A stretch of 64,000 nucleotides of DNA from Coriobacteriia bacterium (lineage in GTDB: Bacteria; Actinomycetota; Coriobacteriia; Anaerosomatales; SLCP01). Position numbers and translations under genes: made by a program. Position 1 is the stretch's first letter. Each line of letters opens with the position of its first letter. The notes beneath the pieces are model-generated. The model was not told the origin of the DNA, made no database searches, and saw nothing but the letters and a program-made list of their open reading frames with translations. Of the stretch, positions 16,329 to 25,553 are shown piece after piece. The DNA lies in NCBI GenBank assembly GCA_030603745.1, contig JAUVXE010000001.1:209641-273640 (forward strand), in the 5' to 3' direction.

Positions 16329-19148
16329 CTACCGCCCGGCGAGCACCCCGGCGCACCGCCCGCAGAGCTCGGGGAACGCGGGGTCGACGCCGAGCGTGCG
16401 GTGGTTCCAGCAGCGCGGGCACTTCTCGCCCGACGCGACGGCGACGCCCGCGCCGAGCCCGTCCCCCTCGGCGAGCGTCAGGTCAGCCACGATGAACATC
16501 TCCGCAAGGCGCTCCGCGCCCCGGGCCGAAAGCACCTCGAGCGCCTCGGCCGGGGCCGTGAGCTCGACCGAGGCCTCCTGGCTCTTGTTGACCAGCTTGG
16601 CCGCCCGCGAGTCCTCGAGCGCCTTGGTGACCACGTCACGGGCCTCGAGCACCACCTTGTAGGCGGCGCGCAGCTCGTCGGCCTCCTCGGCCGGGACCTC
16701 CACGGTCGGCCACCCTGCGAGCTGTACGCTCACGTGCCCGTCGCGCAGGGACTCGGGCGAGTGCTGCCAGACCTCCTCGGCGGTGAAGGTGAGGATCGGC
16801 GCCACGAGGCGCACGAGCGAGGTGAGGACCGAGGCGAGCACGGTCTGGGCGCTGCGACGCGAGAGCGAGTCGGTGCCGTCCGAGTAGAGCCGGTCCTTGA
16901 GAACGTCGAGATAGAACGAGGACAGGTCGACCACGCAGTAGTCGAACACGGCACGATAGACCTGGTGAAACCTCCACTCGTCGTAGGCACGCGTGACGCG
17001 GTCGACGAGGTCGGAGAGGGTCACGAGCGCGTACCGGTCGAGCTCGGGCATCTCGTCCCAGGCGACCGCCATCGACGGGTCGTAGTCGTGCAGATTGGAG
17101 AGGAGGAACCGGAAGGTGTTGCGCATCCTGCGGTACGCCTCGCTCGTGCGGTCGAGGATCTCGTCGGAGATCGAGACGTCCTGGCTGTAGTCGGCGGCGG
17201 CGGCCCACAGACGGATGATGTCGGCGCCGGAGCGCTCGATGACGTCGAGCGGCGAGATGACGTTGCCGAGGGACTTGCTCATCTTGCGGCCGTCACCATC
17301 GACGATGAACCCGTGCGTGAGCACCCGCTCGTACGGCGGCGCGTCGTAGGCCCCGACACTCGTGAGCAGGGCCGACTGGAACCATCCGCGATGCTGGTCG
17401 GAACCCTCAAGGTAGAGCTCTGCCGGACGGTGAAGCTCCTCGCGGGCGTCGAGGACGCTCGTGTGCGAGACGCCGCTCTCCCACCACACGTCGACGATGT
17501 CGTCCTCCGGGATGAGCGAGCTGCCGCCGCACCGGCCGCACCTCACGGTCTCAGGCAGGTACTCCGACGGCTTCCTGGTGAACCACGCGTCGGCGCCCTC
17601 GGTCTCGAACAGGGCGATCACCGCGTCGAACGTCTCGTCGGTCGCGACGGTCTCGCCACACGAGGCGCACGAGAACACCGGGATCGGCACGCCCCAGGCG
17701 CGCTGGCGCGAGATGCACCAGTCGGGCCGGTCGGTCACCATCGAGCGGATCCGGTTGACCGACCACCCCGGGATCCACTCCACCTGCCCGATCGCCTCGA
17801 GCGCGCCCTCACGAAGCGGCCTGACGCCCTCGGCGGCCAGGTCCATGCTCACGAACCACTGCTCGGTGGCGCGGAAGATCACCGGCTGCTTGCAGCGCCA
17901 GCAGTGCGGATAGGAGTGCGACGTCGTGGTCGCGGCGACGAGCGCGTCGCGCTCCGCGAGCCACTCGATGATCCTGGGGTTGGCCTCGGTCACGCGAAGA
18001 CCGGCGAACGGGCCGCCGCCGGCATCGAACACGCCGTCGTCGTCGACGGGCATCGGGGAGGGCAGGCCGAAGCGCTGGCCCATGAGATAGTCCTCCTCGC
18101 CGTGGCCGGGAGCGGTGTGCACCGCGCCGGTACCGGTCGAGAGCTCGACGTGCTCGCCGGTCACCAGCACGCCGGTGACGCCGTCGTGAATCGGATGGGT
18201 GTACGTGAGCCCGAGGCCGGCGAGCTCGGCGCCGGTGAGGCGGACCGGCTCACCGTCGCCGCCGCGCACGAGCTCGACCTCGGCGCCCCAGCCCGCCACC
18301 TCGGCGACCTGGGCCACGAGCTCCTCGGCGAAGACGATGACGCGCCCGTCCCGGACGACGCCCACGTAGGCGGCGTCGGCGGCGAGCGTGACCGCCACGT
18401 TGGCCGGCAGCGTCCAGGGGGTGGTGGTCCAGATGAGGACGGAGACCGGGGTGTCGGCCGCCAGTCCGGCGTCGACCGTGAAGGCTGAGGGCGGCTCGGT
18501 GAAGGCGAACGGGACGTAGATGGAGTGGCTCGTGACGTCGCGGTACTCGATCTCGGCCTCGGCGAGCGCGGTCTTGCACCGGATGCACCAGTGGATCGGC
18601 TTGGAGCCCTTGTAGATCATCCCGCGCTCGTACATCTCGCGGAAGATGCGAACGTTCCCCGCCTCATACGCCGGGTCGAGCGTCAGGTACGGGCGCTCGA
18701 AGTCCCCCCGCACGCCGAGGCGCTGGAACTCGGTGGCCTGCACGTCCACGAACTTGAGCGCGTACTCACGGCAGAGCGCGCGAAGCTCCGCCTGGCTCGT
18801 GGTCTTCATCTTCTCGGGGCCGAGGTCCTTCTCGACCTGATGCTCGATGGGCTGACCGTGACAGTCCCAGCCGGGCACGTACGGGGAGTGGAACCCGCGC
18901 ATCGACTTGTACTTCACGATGAGGTCCTTGAAGACCTTGTTGAAGGCGGTGCCCATGTGGATGTGGCCGTTGGCGTAGGGCGGTCCGTCGTGGAGGAGGA
19001 ACGGCGGGCCATCGGACGTCGCCTCGTTCACGAGCCGGTCGATATCGATCTCCTCCCAGAACGCGAGCCACTCGGGCTCGCGCTTCGCGAGGCTCGCCCG
19101 CATCGGGAACTCGGTCTGGGGCAGGTTCATCGTCTGCTTGTAGTCCAC
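16329..19148 (-). CDS. ileS: Isoleucine--tRNA ligase
   Basis: Motifs HMGT (HIGH-like) and KMSKS plus a C-terminal CPRCW...CGRC zinc motif. The start is trimmed to GTG 19146-19148 (VDYKQTMNLPQTEFPMRA), because the longer ORF would run into the T-box terminator. Confidence 0.95.
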   Translation of the reverse strand: MDYKQTMNLPQTEFPMRASLAKREPEWLAFWEEIDIDRLVNEATSDGPPFLLHDGPPYANGHIHMGTAFNKVFKDLIVKYKSMRGFHSPYVPGWDCHGQPIEHQVEKDLGPEKMKTTSQAELRALCREYALKFVDVQATEFQRLGVRGDFERPYLTLDPAYEAGNVRIFREMYERGMIYKGSKPIHWCIRCKTALAEAEIEYRDVTSHSIYVPFAFTEPPSAFTVDAGLAADTPVSVLIWTTTPWTLPANVAVTLAADAAYVGVVRDGRVIVFAEELVAQVAEVAGWGAEVELVRGGDGEPVRLTGAELAGLGLTYTHPIHDGVTGVLVTGEHVELSTGTGAVHTAPGHGEEDYLMGQRFGLPSPMPVDDDGVFDAGGGPFAGLRVTEANPRIIEWLAERDALVAATTTSHSYPHCWRCKQPVIFRATEQWFVSMDLAAEGVRPLREGALEAIGQVEWIPGWSVNRIRSMVTDRPDWCISRQRAWGVPIPVFSCASCGETVATDETFDAVIALFETEGADAWFTRKPSEYLPETVRCGRCGGSSLIPEDDIVDVWWESGVSHTSVLDAREELHRPAELYLEGSDQHRGWFQSALLTSVGAYDAPPYERVLTHGFIVDGDGRKMSKSLGNVISPLDVIERSGADIIRLWAAAADYSQDVSISDEILDRTSEAYRRMRNTFRFLLSNLHDYDPSMAVAWDEMPELDRYALVTLSDLVDRVTRAYDEWRFHQVYRAVFDYCVVDLSSFYLDVLKDRLYSDGTDSLSRRSAQTVLASVLTSLVRLVAPILTFTAEEVWQHSPESLRDGHVSVQLAGWPTVEVPAEEADELRAAYKVVLEARDVVTKALEDSRAAKLVNKSQEASVELTAPAEALEVLSARGAERLAEMFIVADLTLAEGDGLGAGVAVASGEKCPRCWNHRTLGVDPAFPELCGRCAGVLAGR

Positions 19149-19503
19149 CGTCTCGTCCTCTCGAACACCTGGGATCGGGCACGAAAAAGCACGCTCGTCC
19201 ACGTCTGCCTGGGACGAAGCGTGCGTGCGCACGTGCTCCGCGGTACCACCCGGCTTGCGCGGGGCCGTCCGTCCGGCTCCGCGCCACTCGGTCTGCCCGG
19301 TAACGGGGGCCTCCGTCGGAGCCTACCGGCCACCGGGGACTCCGTGTCACCGGCGGCGTTCGGTCCGAGGCTCAGGGGTGATCTTCGCTACCGGCCGGTC
19401 CCTGCGGGCTCCCACGCTCCCCGCTCGCTTGAAGGGCCGTCTCCGGGCTACTCGTCCCCGTCGTCGCCTGTCGACTGGTATGGGCGGCTCGGTCAGCCGC
19501 GTG
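19149..19503 (-). promoter_or_regulatory. T-box leader (Ile specifier AUC) controlling ileS
   Basis: The minus strand contains the T-box core GGGUGGUACCGCGG (19238-19251). Stem I is closed by GGGG/CCCC, with AGUA on its 5' side and GCGAAG-AUC-A on its 3' side. The AUC codon is at 19380-19382 and is followed by the conserved purine. Confidence 0.85.
19184..19224 (-). terminator. T-box terminator helix
   Basis: GCACGCUUCGUCC-N11-GGACGAGCGUGC forms 12 bp with one bulge, followed by UUUUU. It lies immediately 3' of the T-box core and 36 nt before the ileS GTG. Confidence 0.75.
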
Positions 19504-19509
19504 GGTGCG

Positions 19510-19539
19510 ATGGTAGCGCGGCGCACGGGCGACGGTCAA
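19510..19539 (-). promoter_or_regulatory. Putative promoter of the ileS T-box leader
   Basis: The minus strand reads TTGACC-N18-TACCAT. It lies 67 nt downstream of the yggU-like stop. Confidence 0.4.
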
Positions 19540-19605
19540 CGCGGGAGTGCGCACGTCGCGGAGGCACACGAGCGGGCGGGCGTCTCCCCTGGAGTGGGCT
19601 CCAGC

Positions 19606-19884
19606 TCAGGCGTCAGGCGCGCCGAGGACGGCGCGGACCTCCTCGGCGGTGCGGCCCTCGATGCGGAGCAGCTTGTGGCGGGAGGTCTGCCCGCGCTGGA
19701 CGGTGACCGAGGACTTCGGGATCCCGAGCGCGCGCGCGACGACCTTGCAGACCGCCTCGTTGGCGCGGCCCTCGTCCGGCGGTGCGGTCACGCGCACGGC
19801 GAGCTCAGTCCCCCGCCACCCGCCGACCTCGTCGCGCGTGGCGCGCGGCGTGACGTGTACCGCGATGCGCGCAGCCACGTTCAC
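19606..19884 (-). CDS. yggU: DUF167 (YggU-like) protein
   Basis: 92 aa with a GTG start. The sequence ...VHVTPRATRDEV...VRVTAPPDEGRANEAV...LGIPKSSVTVQRGQTSRHKLLRIEG is typical of DUF167. Confidence 0.8.
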   Translation of the reverse strand: MNVAARIAVHVTPRATRDEVGGWRGTELAVRVTAPPDEGRANEAVCKVVARALGIPKSSVTVQRGQTSRHKLLRIEGRTAEEVRAVLGAPDA

Positions 19885-19909
19885 CGGTCACCCCCGGCGG
19901 CCGCGGCCG

Positions 19910-20779
19910 CTAGTCGATCTCCTCGATGTCGATGTCGTCCTCACGCTCGCCGAGGGAGTCGAACCCCGGCATCGCGAACTCCCGCGGGGCCTCGAGTTCG
20001 ATGTCGTCGGGGAGCGCCGGTCCGTCGACCTCGCCGAGCGTGACGCTCGTGACGAAGCCGGACTCCGGCACCTCGACGGCGGGCATCGCCTGCGTGGCCC
20101 CGAGGTCCGCGGCACGGCCCGAAGGGCGCGCGTCCTGACGGGATGCGCGCGGCGCAGGCGGCTCCACCGGCGGCTCGGCAGGCGCTGCGACCTGCTGGTC
20201 GGCGAGCGGCACCGCGGCGCTCGCCGCCTCCTCGCTCGCCTGCTCGAGGGCGGCGCGGGCGGACTCGGCTGCGACCTCGACCTCGGAGACGATGCCCGCG
20301 TCGGTCGCGCCCACGAGGACGTTGACGTCGTCGGGAAGCGTGACCTCCTTGACGCTCTTCAGGTGGCGCTCGAGCGCGGCGGAGAACTCGGCGCGGAACT
20401 GCTCCTCGGCCTGCTTGATCCGGACGAGCTCACCGGCGACCTTCTGCTTCTGGGTGAGCGCGTCGTGGATGATCTCCTTGGCCTTCACCTCGGCGTCGCG
20501 CAGCAGCGTGGCGGCCTCCTCACCGGCCTTGCTCACGATGTCTTCAGCCGAGCGCTGGGCGGAGACGAGCGTGTTATGCAACGTGCGCTCCATCTCCTGA
20601 TAGGAGCGGACCTGCTCTTTGGCGCCCTCGAGGCGCTCGGAGAGGTCGATGTTCTCCTTGAAGAGCCGCTCGAACTCGTCGGCGACGTCATCGAGGAAGT
20701 TGTCCACTTCCTTCTCGTCGTAGCCACGCAGCGAGTGGCGGAACTCCTTGTGGTGGATGTCCATCGGCGTGAGTTTCAT
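19910..20779 (-). CDS. divIVA: DivIVA-domain cell division/polarity protein
   Basis: N-terminus MKLTPMDIHHKEFRHSLRGYDEKEVDNFLD, followed by coiled coil and a Pro/Ala-rich acidic C-terminal tail. Confidence 0.92.
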   Translation of the reverse strand: MKLTPMDIHHKEFRHSLRGYDEKEVDNFLDDVADEFERLFKENIDLSERLEGAKEQVRSYQEMERTLHNTLVSAQRSAEDIVSKAGEEAATLLRDAEVKAKEIIHDALTQKQKVAGELVRIKQAEEQFRAEFSAALERHLKSVKEVTLPDDVNVLVGATDAGIVSEVEVAAESARAALEQASEEAASAAVPLADQQVAAPAEPPVEPPAPRASRQDARPSGRAADLGATQAMPAVEVPESGFVTSVTLGEVDGPALPDDIELEAPREFAMPGFDSLGEREDDIDIEEID

Positions 20780-20794
20780 CGCGGTGGTCCTCCC

Positions 20795-21070
20795 CTACAG
20801 ACCTGCGGAACGCAGCAGTGTCACGGCGGCGGGCTGGATCAGGTAACGTAGCACGAGCAGTGCGACGAGCGGCGAGAAGTCGACGGCCCCGGCGAGCGGG
20901 ACGATCCGCCGGAAGATCCCGATGTAGGGCTCGGCCACGCTGCCGAGCACCCGGTAGACGTCGGCGACGACGCCGTCGCGGCTCAGCGGGAACCACGACA
21001 TGATGACGTAGACGAAGATGAGCAACGAGTAGAAGTCCAGGATACGGATCACGATGGCAGAGAGCGTCAC
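20795..21070 (-). CDS. yggT: YggT-family membrane protein
   Basis: 91 aa with 2 TM segments. GTG start overlaps the proC stop (GTGA), and the gene sits in the canonical position next to sepF and divIVA. Confidence 0.85.
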   Translation of the reverse strand: MTLSAIVIRILDFYSLLIFVYVIMSWFPLSRDGVVADVYRVLGSVAEPYIGIFRRIVPLAGAVDFSPLVALLVLRYLIQPAAVTLLRSAGL

Positions 21071-21900
21071 GAACCCAACTCCTTCGCGCGGTCGACCGCG
21101 GCGGTGACGGCGGCGTTGAACGCCGCCCGCACGCCGGCGGCCTCGAGCGCCTCGATGGCTGCGATGGTGGTGCCGCCGGGACTGGCGACCCCGTCGATGA
21201 TCTGCTCGGGGTGCTGACCGGTCCGCTCCACGAGGGCGGCGGTGCCGGCGACGGTCTGGACGGCGAGTTCCTCGGCGATGTGCCTCGGCAGGCCGTGCAT
21301 CACGCCCGAACGGGCGAGCGCGTCGATGATGAGCGCCACGTAGGCCGGGCCGGAACCCGAGATCGCGGTCGCGGCGTCTTGATGGTGCTCGTCGAGCACG
21401 ATCGCGTGCCCGAGCACCGAGAAGATCTCACGCACGAGGTCGACCTGCTCGGCGGTGGCCTCGCTCCCCCCGCTGATCACGCTCATGCCCTCGCGCACGA
21501 GCGCGGGCGTGTTGGGCATGACGCGCACGACAGCGGTCCCCGCGGGCAGGCCGGACTCGATCCTCGCCGAGGAGATCCCGGCAGCGATCGAGACCACGAG
21601 CCGCTCGGCGACCGAGTCGTGCACCTCGGCGAGCACCGCGTCCATGACCTGCGGCTTGACGGCCAGGAGCACGATGTCGCCCTCGGCGGCGGCCTCCGGC
21701 GCGGTCTCGACGCAGCGTACCCCGTGCGCGAAGGTGAGCGCCTCGCGGCGCTCGGCGATGGGCTCGGCGATGACGATCGACGCCGGCTCGAAGACGCCTG
21801 AGGCCGCCAGGCCGGCGGCGATGGCCTCGCCCATGCGGCCGCCGCCGACGATCGCGAGCGTGCCCTCGATGCGAACGTGTCCCGGGTTCATCGCGCTCAC
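21067..21900 (-). CDS. proC: Pyrroline-5-carboxylate reductase
   Basis: 277 aa with Rossmann motif VGGGRMGEAI and C-terminal ASPGGTT. Confidence 0.9.
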   Translation of the reverse strand: MSAMNPGHVRIEGTLAIVGGGRMGEAIAAGLAASGVFEPASIVIAEPIAERREALTFAHGVRCVETAPEAAAEGDIVLLAVKPQVMDAVLAEVHDSVAERLVVSIAAGISSARIESGLPAGTAVVRVMPNTPALVREGMSVISGGSEATAEQVDLVREIFSVLGHAIVLDEHHQDAATAISGSGPAYVALIIDALARSGVMHGLPRHIAEELAVQTVAGTAALVERTGQHPEQIIDGVASPGGTTIAAIEALEAAGVRAAFNAAVTAAVDRAKELGS

Positions 21901-22457
21901 CCGAGGTCGAACAGGCCTTTGTCGAGCAGCCTGCGCCGGTCCTCGGCGGAGACGTCGACATTGGCCGGGGTCAGCATGAACACCTTGTCGGAGACCTTCT
22001 GCAGGCCGCCGTCCAGACCGTAGGTCAGCCCGCTCGCGAAGTCGATGAGCCGCTTGGCGAGCTCGGGCTGGGTCATGGTGAGGTTCATGATCACGGGCGT
22101 GCCGGACTTGAAGCGGTCGGCGATGGCCTGCGCCTCGCCGAAGCTCTTGGGCTCGGTGATATGCATCTTGACCTGCGGGCTCATCGCGGCCACCTGGCCA
22201 CCGGCGGGCACGGAGCGCAGCGGCGCGGCCTCGCGGGCGCGCTCGATGTCGGGCTGGCGGTCGAGTCGCCGCACCGACGTGCGCTGCGACCCGTAGGGGG
22301 ACTCGTACGACGCGGCGGTGCGGCCGTAGTAGCCGTCCGCGCTCCTCGGCTCCTCGGGCTCGTCGGTCTCGTCGTCGTCGTAGTAGTCGTCGTCGTACTC
22401 GTCGTCCCAGTCGTCAGCGAGACCGAGACGCACTTTGATGTTGTGCCACAGGCCCAC
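21897..22457 (-). CDS. sepF: Cell division protein SepF
   Basis: 186 aa with an N-terminal amphipathic MGLWHNIKVRLGL and an acidic low-complexity linker. The C-terminal SepF domain reads EPKSFGEAQAIADRFKSGTPVIMNL. Confidence 0.9.
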   Translation of the reverse strand: MGLWHNIKVRLGLADDWDDEYDDDYYDDDETDEPEEPRSADGYYGRTAASYESPYGSQRTSVRRLDRQPDIERAREAAPLRSVPAGGQVAAMSPQVKMHITEPKSFGEAQAIADRFKSGTPVIMNLTMTQPELAKRLIDFASGLTYGLDGGLQKVSDKVFMLTPANVDVSAEDRRRLLDKGLFDLG

Positions 22458-22477
22458 AGGAGCCTCCTCGTCGGTGC

Positions 22478-23155
22478 CTACCGTCCGAACAGGGCGCGTC
22501 CGACGCGTACGATCGTGGCGCCTTCCTCGACAGCCACACGGAAGTCGCCCGACATACCCATCGACAGCTCGTCTAACTCTACCCCATTGAGTGGCATCGC
22601 GCGTAGCGAATCGCGGAGCTCTCGCAGCTCACGGAAGACCCACCGGATCTCCTCTGCGCGTGCGAGCGGGGCCATGGTCATCAGTCCCCGCACCTCGACA
22701 GAGTCGAGCCGTGAGGCCTCGATCAGCGCGTCGCGCACGTCGTCGGGCGCGAGCCCGTGCTTGCGGTCCTCACCTGCGACGTTGACCTGCAACAGCACCG
22801 GCTGCACCACACCGGCCTCGGTGGCGCGCCGCTCGATGTGCTCGAGCAGCTTCACAGAGTCCACCGAGTGGATGAGGTGCGCTCGGCCGACGACGTCCTT
22901 GACCTTGTTCGTCTGCAGCGTGCCGATGAAGTGCCAGCGCGCCTCGGGGAACAGCCCGTACTTGCCGAGGAACTCCTGGACCCGGTTCTCGCCGAGGTCG
23001 ACGATCCCCGCCGAGAGCGCCGAGCGGATCTCCGGGACGCCCACGGTCTTGGTGACGGCGACGATCGTGATCTCATCGGCGGAGCGACCGCAGGCGTCCG
23101 CAGCGTCCGCGACCTGCCGGCGGACCGCCTCGTATCGCACCGCGATGCCTGACAT
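22478..23155 (-). CDS. yggS: YggS-family pyridoxal-phosphate homeostasis protein
   Basis: 225 aa with the PLP-lysine context IVAVTKTV and the LSMGMSGDF motif. Confidence 0.9.
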   Translation of the reverse strand: MSGIAVRYEAVRRQVADAADACGRSADEITIVAVTKTVGVPEIRSALSAGIVDLGENRVQEFLGKYGLFPEARWHFIGTLQTNKVKDVVGRAHLIHSVDSVKLLEHIERRATEAGVVQPVLLQVNVAGEDRKHGLAPDDVRDALIEASRLDSVEVRGLMTMAPLARAEEIRWVFRELRELRDSLRAMPLNGVELDELSMGMSGDFRVAVEEGATIVRVGRALFGR

Positions 23156-23160
23156 ACGTG

Positions 23161-23829
23161 CTAGCGCGCCTCCTCGCCGGAGTCGTGAAGCGCATCGAAC
23201 TCTCCGGTCACAAGGTAGGCGATACGCTCGCCGATGTCGACGGCGTTATCGGCGATGCGCTCGAGATAGCGGCTCGCGAGCACCATCGAGGAGGCCCACT
23301 CGATGTCCTCCTCGTCCTGCAGCCGCGCGAGCTCGCGGAAGAACTGCTTGTAGAGGTGGTCGATGGGCTCGTCGAGGTCCTGGAGCTTGCGCGCGAGGTC
23401 GAGGTCGTTCTTCTCGAGCGCCTCGCACGTCGCGTCGAGCACGCGGTAGACGAGGTTGCCCTGCGCCTGGATGAGGTCGTAGAGCGTCTGCGGGCCGCGG
23501 CGGTCGGCCGTGCGCTTGGCGGCCCGGGCGATGTTCACGCCGAGGTCAGCCATCCGCTCGAGGTGGAGCGCGATGTAGGTGAGCGAGTGCAGCAGCCTGA
23601 GGTCACGCGCGACCGGGAACTGCGTGGCGATCACCTCGAGCGAGTGCTCCTCGACGGCGAGCGTGCGCCGGTCGATCTCGGCGTCGCCGGCGATGACCTT
23701 CTCCGCGAGGTCCACGTCGCCGTCGACGAGCGAGGTCACCGCGTCGCGGGTGACGTGGGTGACGGTCTTGCCGATCGAGAGCACCTCGGCTTTGAGGTCC
23801 TTGAGTTCCTGCCTGAATCCTTCACGCAT
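23161..23829 (-). CDS. phoU: Phosphate signalling complex protein PhoU
   Basis: The 377-aa ORF is trimmed to ATG 23827-23829 (MREGFRQELKDLKAEV), giving 222 aa with two PhoU repeats (ERMADLGVNIA / ERIADNAVDIGERI). The discarded N-terminus is Arg/His/Gly-rich. Confidence 0.9.
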   Translation of the reverse strand: MREGFRQELKDLKAEVLSIGKTVTHVTRDAVTSLVDGDVDLAEKVIAGDAEIDRRTLAVEEHSLEVIATQFPVARDLRLLHSLTYIALHLERMADLGVNIARAAKRTADRRGPQTLYDLIQAQGNLVYRVLDATCEALEKNDLDLARKLQDLDEPIDHLYKQFFRELARLQDEEDIEWASSMVLASRYLERIADNAVDIGERIAYLVTGEFDALHDSGEEAR

Positions 23830-23918
23830 CGGTGCGGTCAGCTCCTTCGAGACGCAACCGGATATGGTCGTCCCTAGTATACCGCTCGGTACGGGCGGAA
23901 CCCGCAGTTCACCAAGGT

Positions 23919-24725
23919 TTAACCGAAGCGGCCGGTGATGTAGTCCTCGGTGCGGCGGTCCTTCGGACTCGTGAAGAGGTTCGAGGTACGGTCGTACTCG
24001 ACGAGCACGGCCGGTTCGCCCGCGACCTCCTGGAGGAAGAACGCGGTGAAGTCGCTCACGCGCGCCGCCTGCTGCATGTTGTGAGTGACGATGACGATGG
24101 TGATACGGTCCTTCAGCTCCGCCATCAGGTCCTCGATCTTCTGGACCGAGGTGGGGTCGATCGCCGAGCACGGCTCGTCCATGAGCATGACCTCGGGCTC
24201 CACGGCGAGCACGCGCGCGATACAGAGGCGCTGCTGCTGGCCTCCGGAGAGCGCAAGCCCGTTCCTGCCGAGGATGTCCTTGGTCTCCTTCCACAGGTTC
24301 GCCCGCTCGAGCGACGTCTGGACGATCTCGTCGAGCTCGGCCTTTCTCTTGACGCCCTGCAGGCGCGGGCCGAACGCGACGTTGTCATAGATCGACATCG
24401 GGAACGGGTTGGGCTGCTGGAAGATCATCCCGATACGGCGGCGCAGGTCGACAGGGTCGACGCCCGCCTCGTAGATGTGCTGTCCGTCGAGCGCGATAAG
24501 GCCCTCGGCGCGCGTGCCGGGGATGAGGTCGTTCATCCGGTTGAAGCAGCGCAGGAACGTCGACTTGCCGCAGCCCGACGGGCCGATGAAGGCGGTCACC
24601 GCCTTCTCCTTGATATCGACGGTGATGTCCGTGAGCGCATGGAAGTCGCCGTAGTAGAACTCGAGGCCCTTCACGGCGATCTTGTTCGGCGCGTCAGCGG
24701 GCACGGGTGACGTACGAAGCGACAT
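23919..24725 (-). CDS. pstB: Phosphate ABC transporter ATP-binding protein
   Basis: 268 aa with Walker [10 protein letters not shown] and signature LSGGQQQRL. Confidence 0.95.
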   Translation of the reverse strand: MSLRTSPVPADAPNKIAVKGLEFYYGDFHALTDITVDIKEKAVTAFIGPSGCGKSTFLRCFNRMNDLIPGTRAEGLIALDGQHIYEAGVDPVDLRRRIGMIFQQPNPFPMSIYDNVAFGPRLQGVKRKAELDEIVQTSLERANLWKETKDILGRNGLALSGGQQQRLCIARVLAVEPEVMLMDEPCSAIDPTSVQKIEDLMAELKDRITIVIVTHNMQQAARVSDFTAFFLQEVAGEPAVLVEYDRTSNLFTSPKDRRTEDYITGRFG

Positions 24726-24728
24726 CGT

Positions 24729-25553
24729 CTACACCTTCCGGTTCCGGCGCAGGAAGTAGCGGGCGCCCAGGTTGAACGCGAGGATCAGGATCATGAGGAG
24801 CAACGCGGTGCCGTAGGCGGCGGGCAGGTTGATGCCCTCCATGGCGAGCAGGTAGAGGTGTACCGTCATCGGCCGGCCCGAGTCGAGCGGGGTCACCGGC
24901 AGGTTGATCGCCTGCCCCATCGTGTAGATCACGACGGCGGTCTCCCCCACCGCGCGGCCGGTGGCCAGGATGATGCCGGTGATGATCCGCGGCATCGCGG
25001 CGGGGAGCACGATCCGGCTCACCGTCTGCCACTTCGTCGCTCCGAGGCCGTACGACCCCCACCTGATGTACTTGGGAACCGCCCGGATCGCCTCCTCGGT
25101 GGTGCGCATGACGATCGGCAGCATGAGGAACGAGAGCGCGAGCGCTGCCGAGAGCATCGAGAAGCCGATACCCGCCGCCTCCACGAACAACGCGAGGCCG
25201 AAGAGACCCATCACGATCGAGGGCACGCTCGCGAGGGAGTCGGCGGCGAAGCGGATCGTGCCCACGAGCCGGCCTTGGACCGCGTACTCGGCGAGGTAGA
25301 CCGCCGCGAGGATCGCGATCGGGGTCACGATGACCATCGCGAGGGCCGTCACGTACATCGTGGAGACGATCGTCGGCCAGATGCCTCCCTCGGCGGCGAC
25401 GCCTTCGGGCCATGTGAAGATGAACGCGGGCGAGAGTTCGCCGATGCCGTTGTAGACCACGTAGAGGATCACGGTGCCGAGCACCGCGACCGTGGTGATC
25501 GCCGAGACCCACAGCAACGTGAGCGCGATGGCGTTGGTGACGTTCTTGTTCAT
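24729..25553 (-). CDS. pstA: Phosphate ABC transporter permease PstA
   Basis: 274 aa, 6 TM, with gene order pstS-pstC-pstA-pstB. It overlaps the pstC stop by 4 nt. Confidence 0.9.
   Translation of the reverse strand: MNKNVTNAIALTLLWVSAITTVAVLGTVILYVVYNGIGELSPAFIFTWPEGVAAEGGIWPTIVSTMYVTALAMVIVTPIAILAAVYLAEYAVQGRLVGTIRFAADSLASVPSIVMGLFGLALFVEAAGIGFSMLSAALALSFLMLPIVMRTTEEAIRAVPKYIRWGSYGLGATKWQTVSRIVLPAAMPRIITGIILATGRAVGETAVVIYTMGQAINLPVTPLDSGRPMTVHLYLLAMEGINLPAAYGTALLLMILILAFNLGARYFLRRNRKV

Noticed and set aside
23830-24294. Long N-terminal extensions in the ORF track: PhoU 377 aa, pyrD 393 aa, DksA-like 203 aa, pstC 395 aa, the DUF3866-like ORF 592 aa, the 1078-aa ORF 59485-62721, and the 708-aa ORF 44836-46962.
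   Set aside because: In every case the extension is Arg/Pro/Gly-rich, overlaps the upstream gene or a leader or terminator, and lacks an SD. An internal ATG or GTG with an SD begins the recognisable conserved protein.
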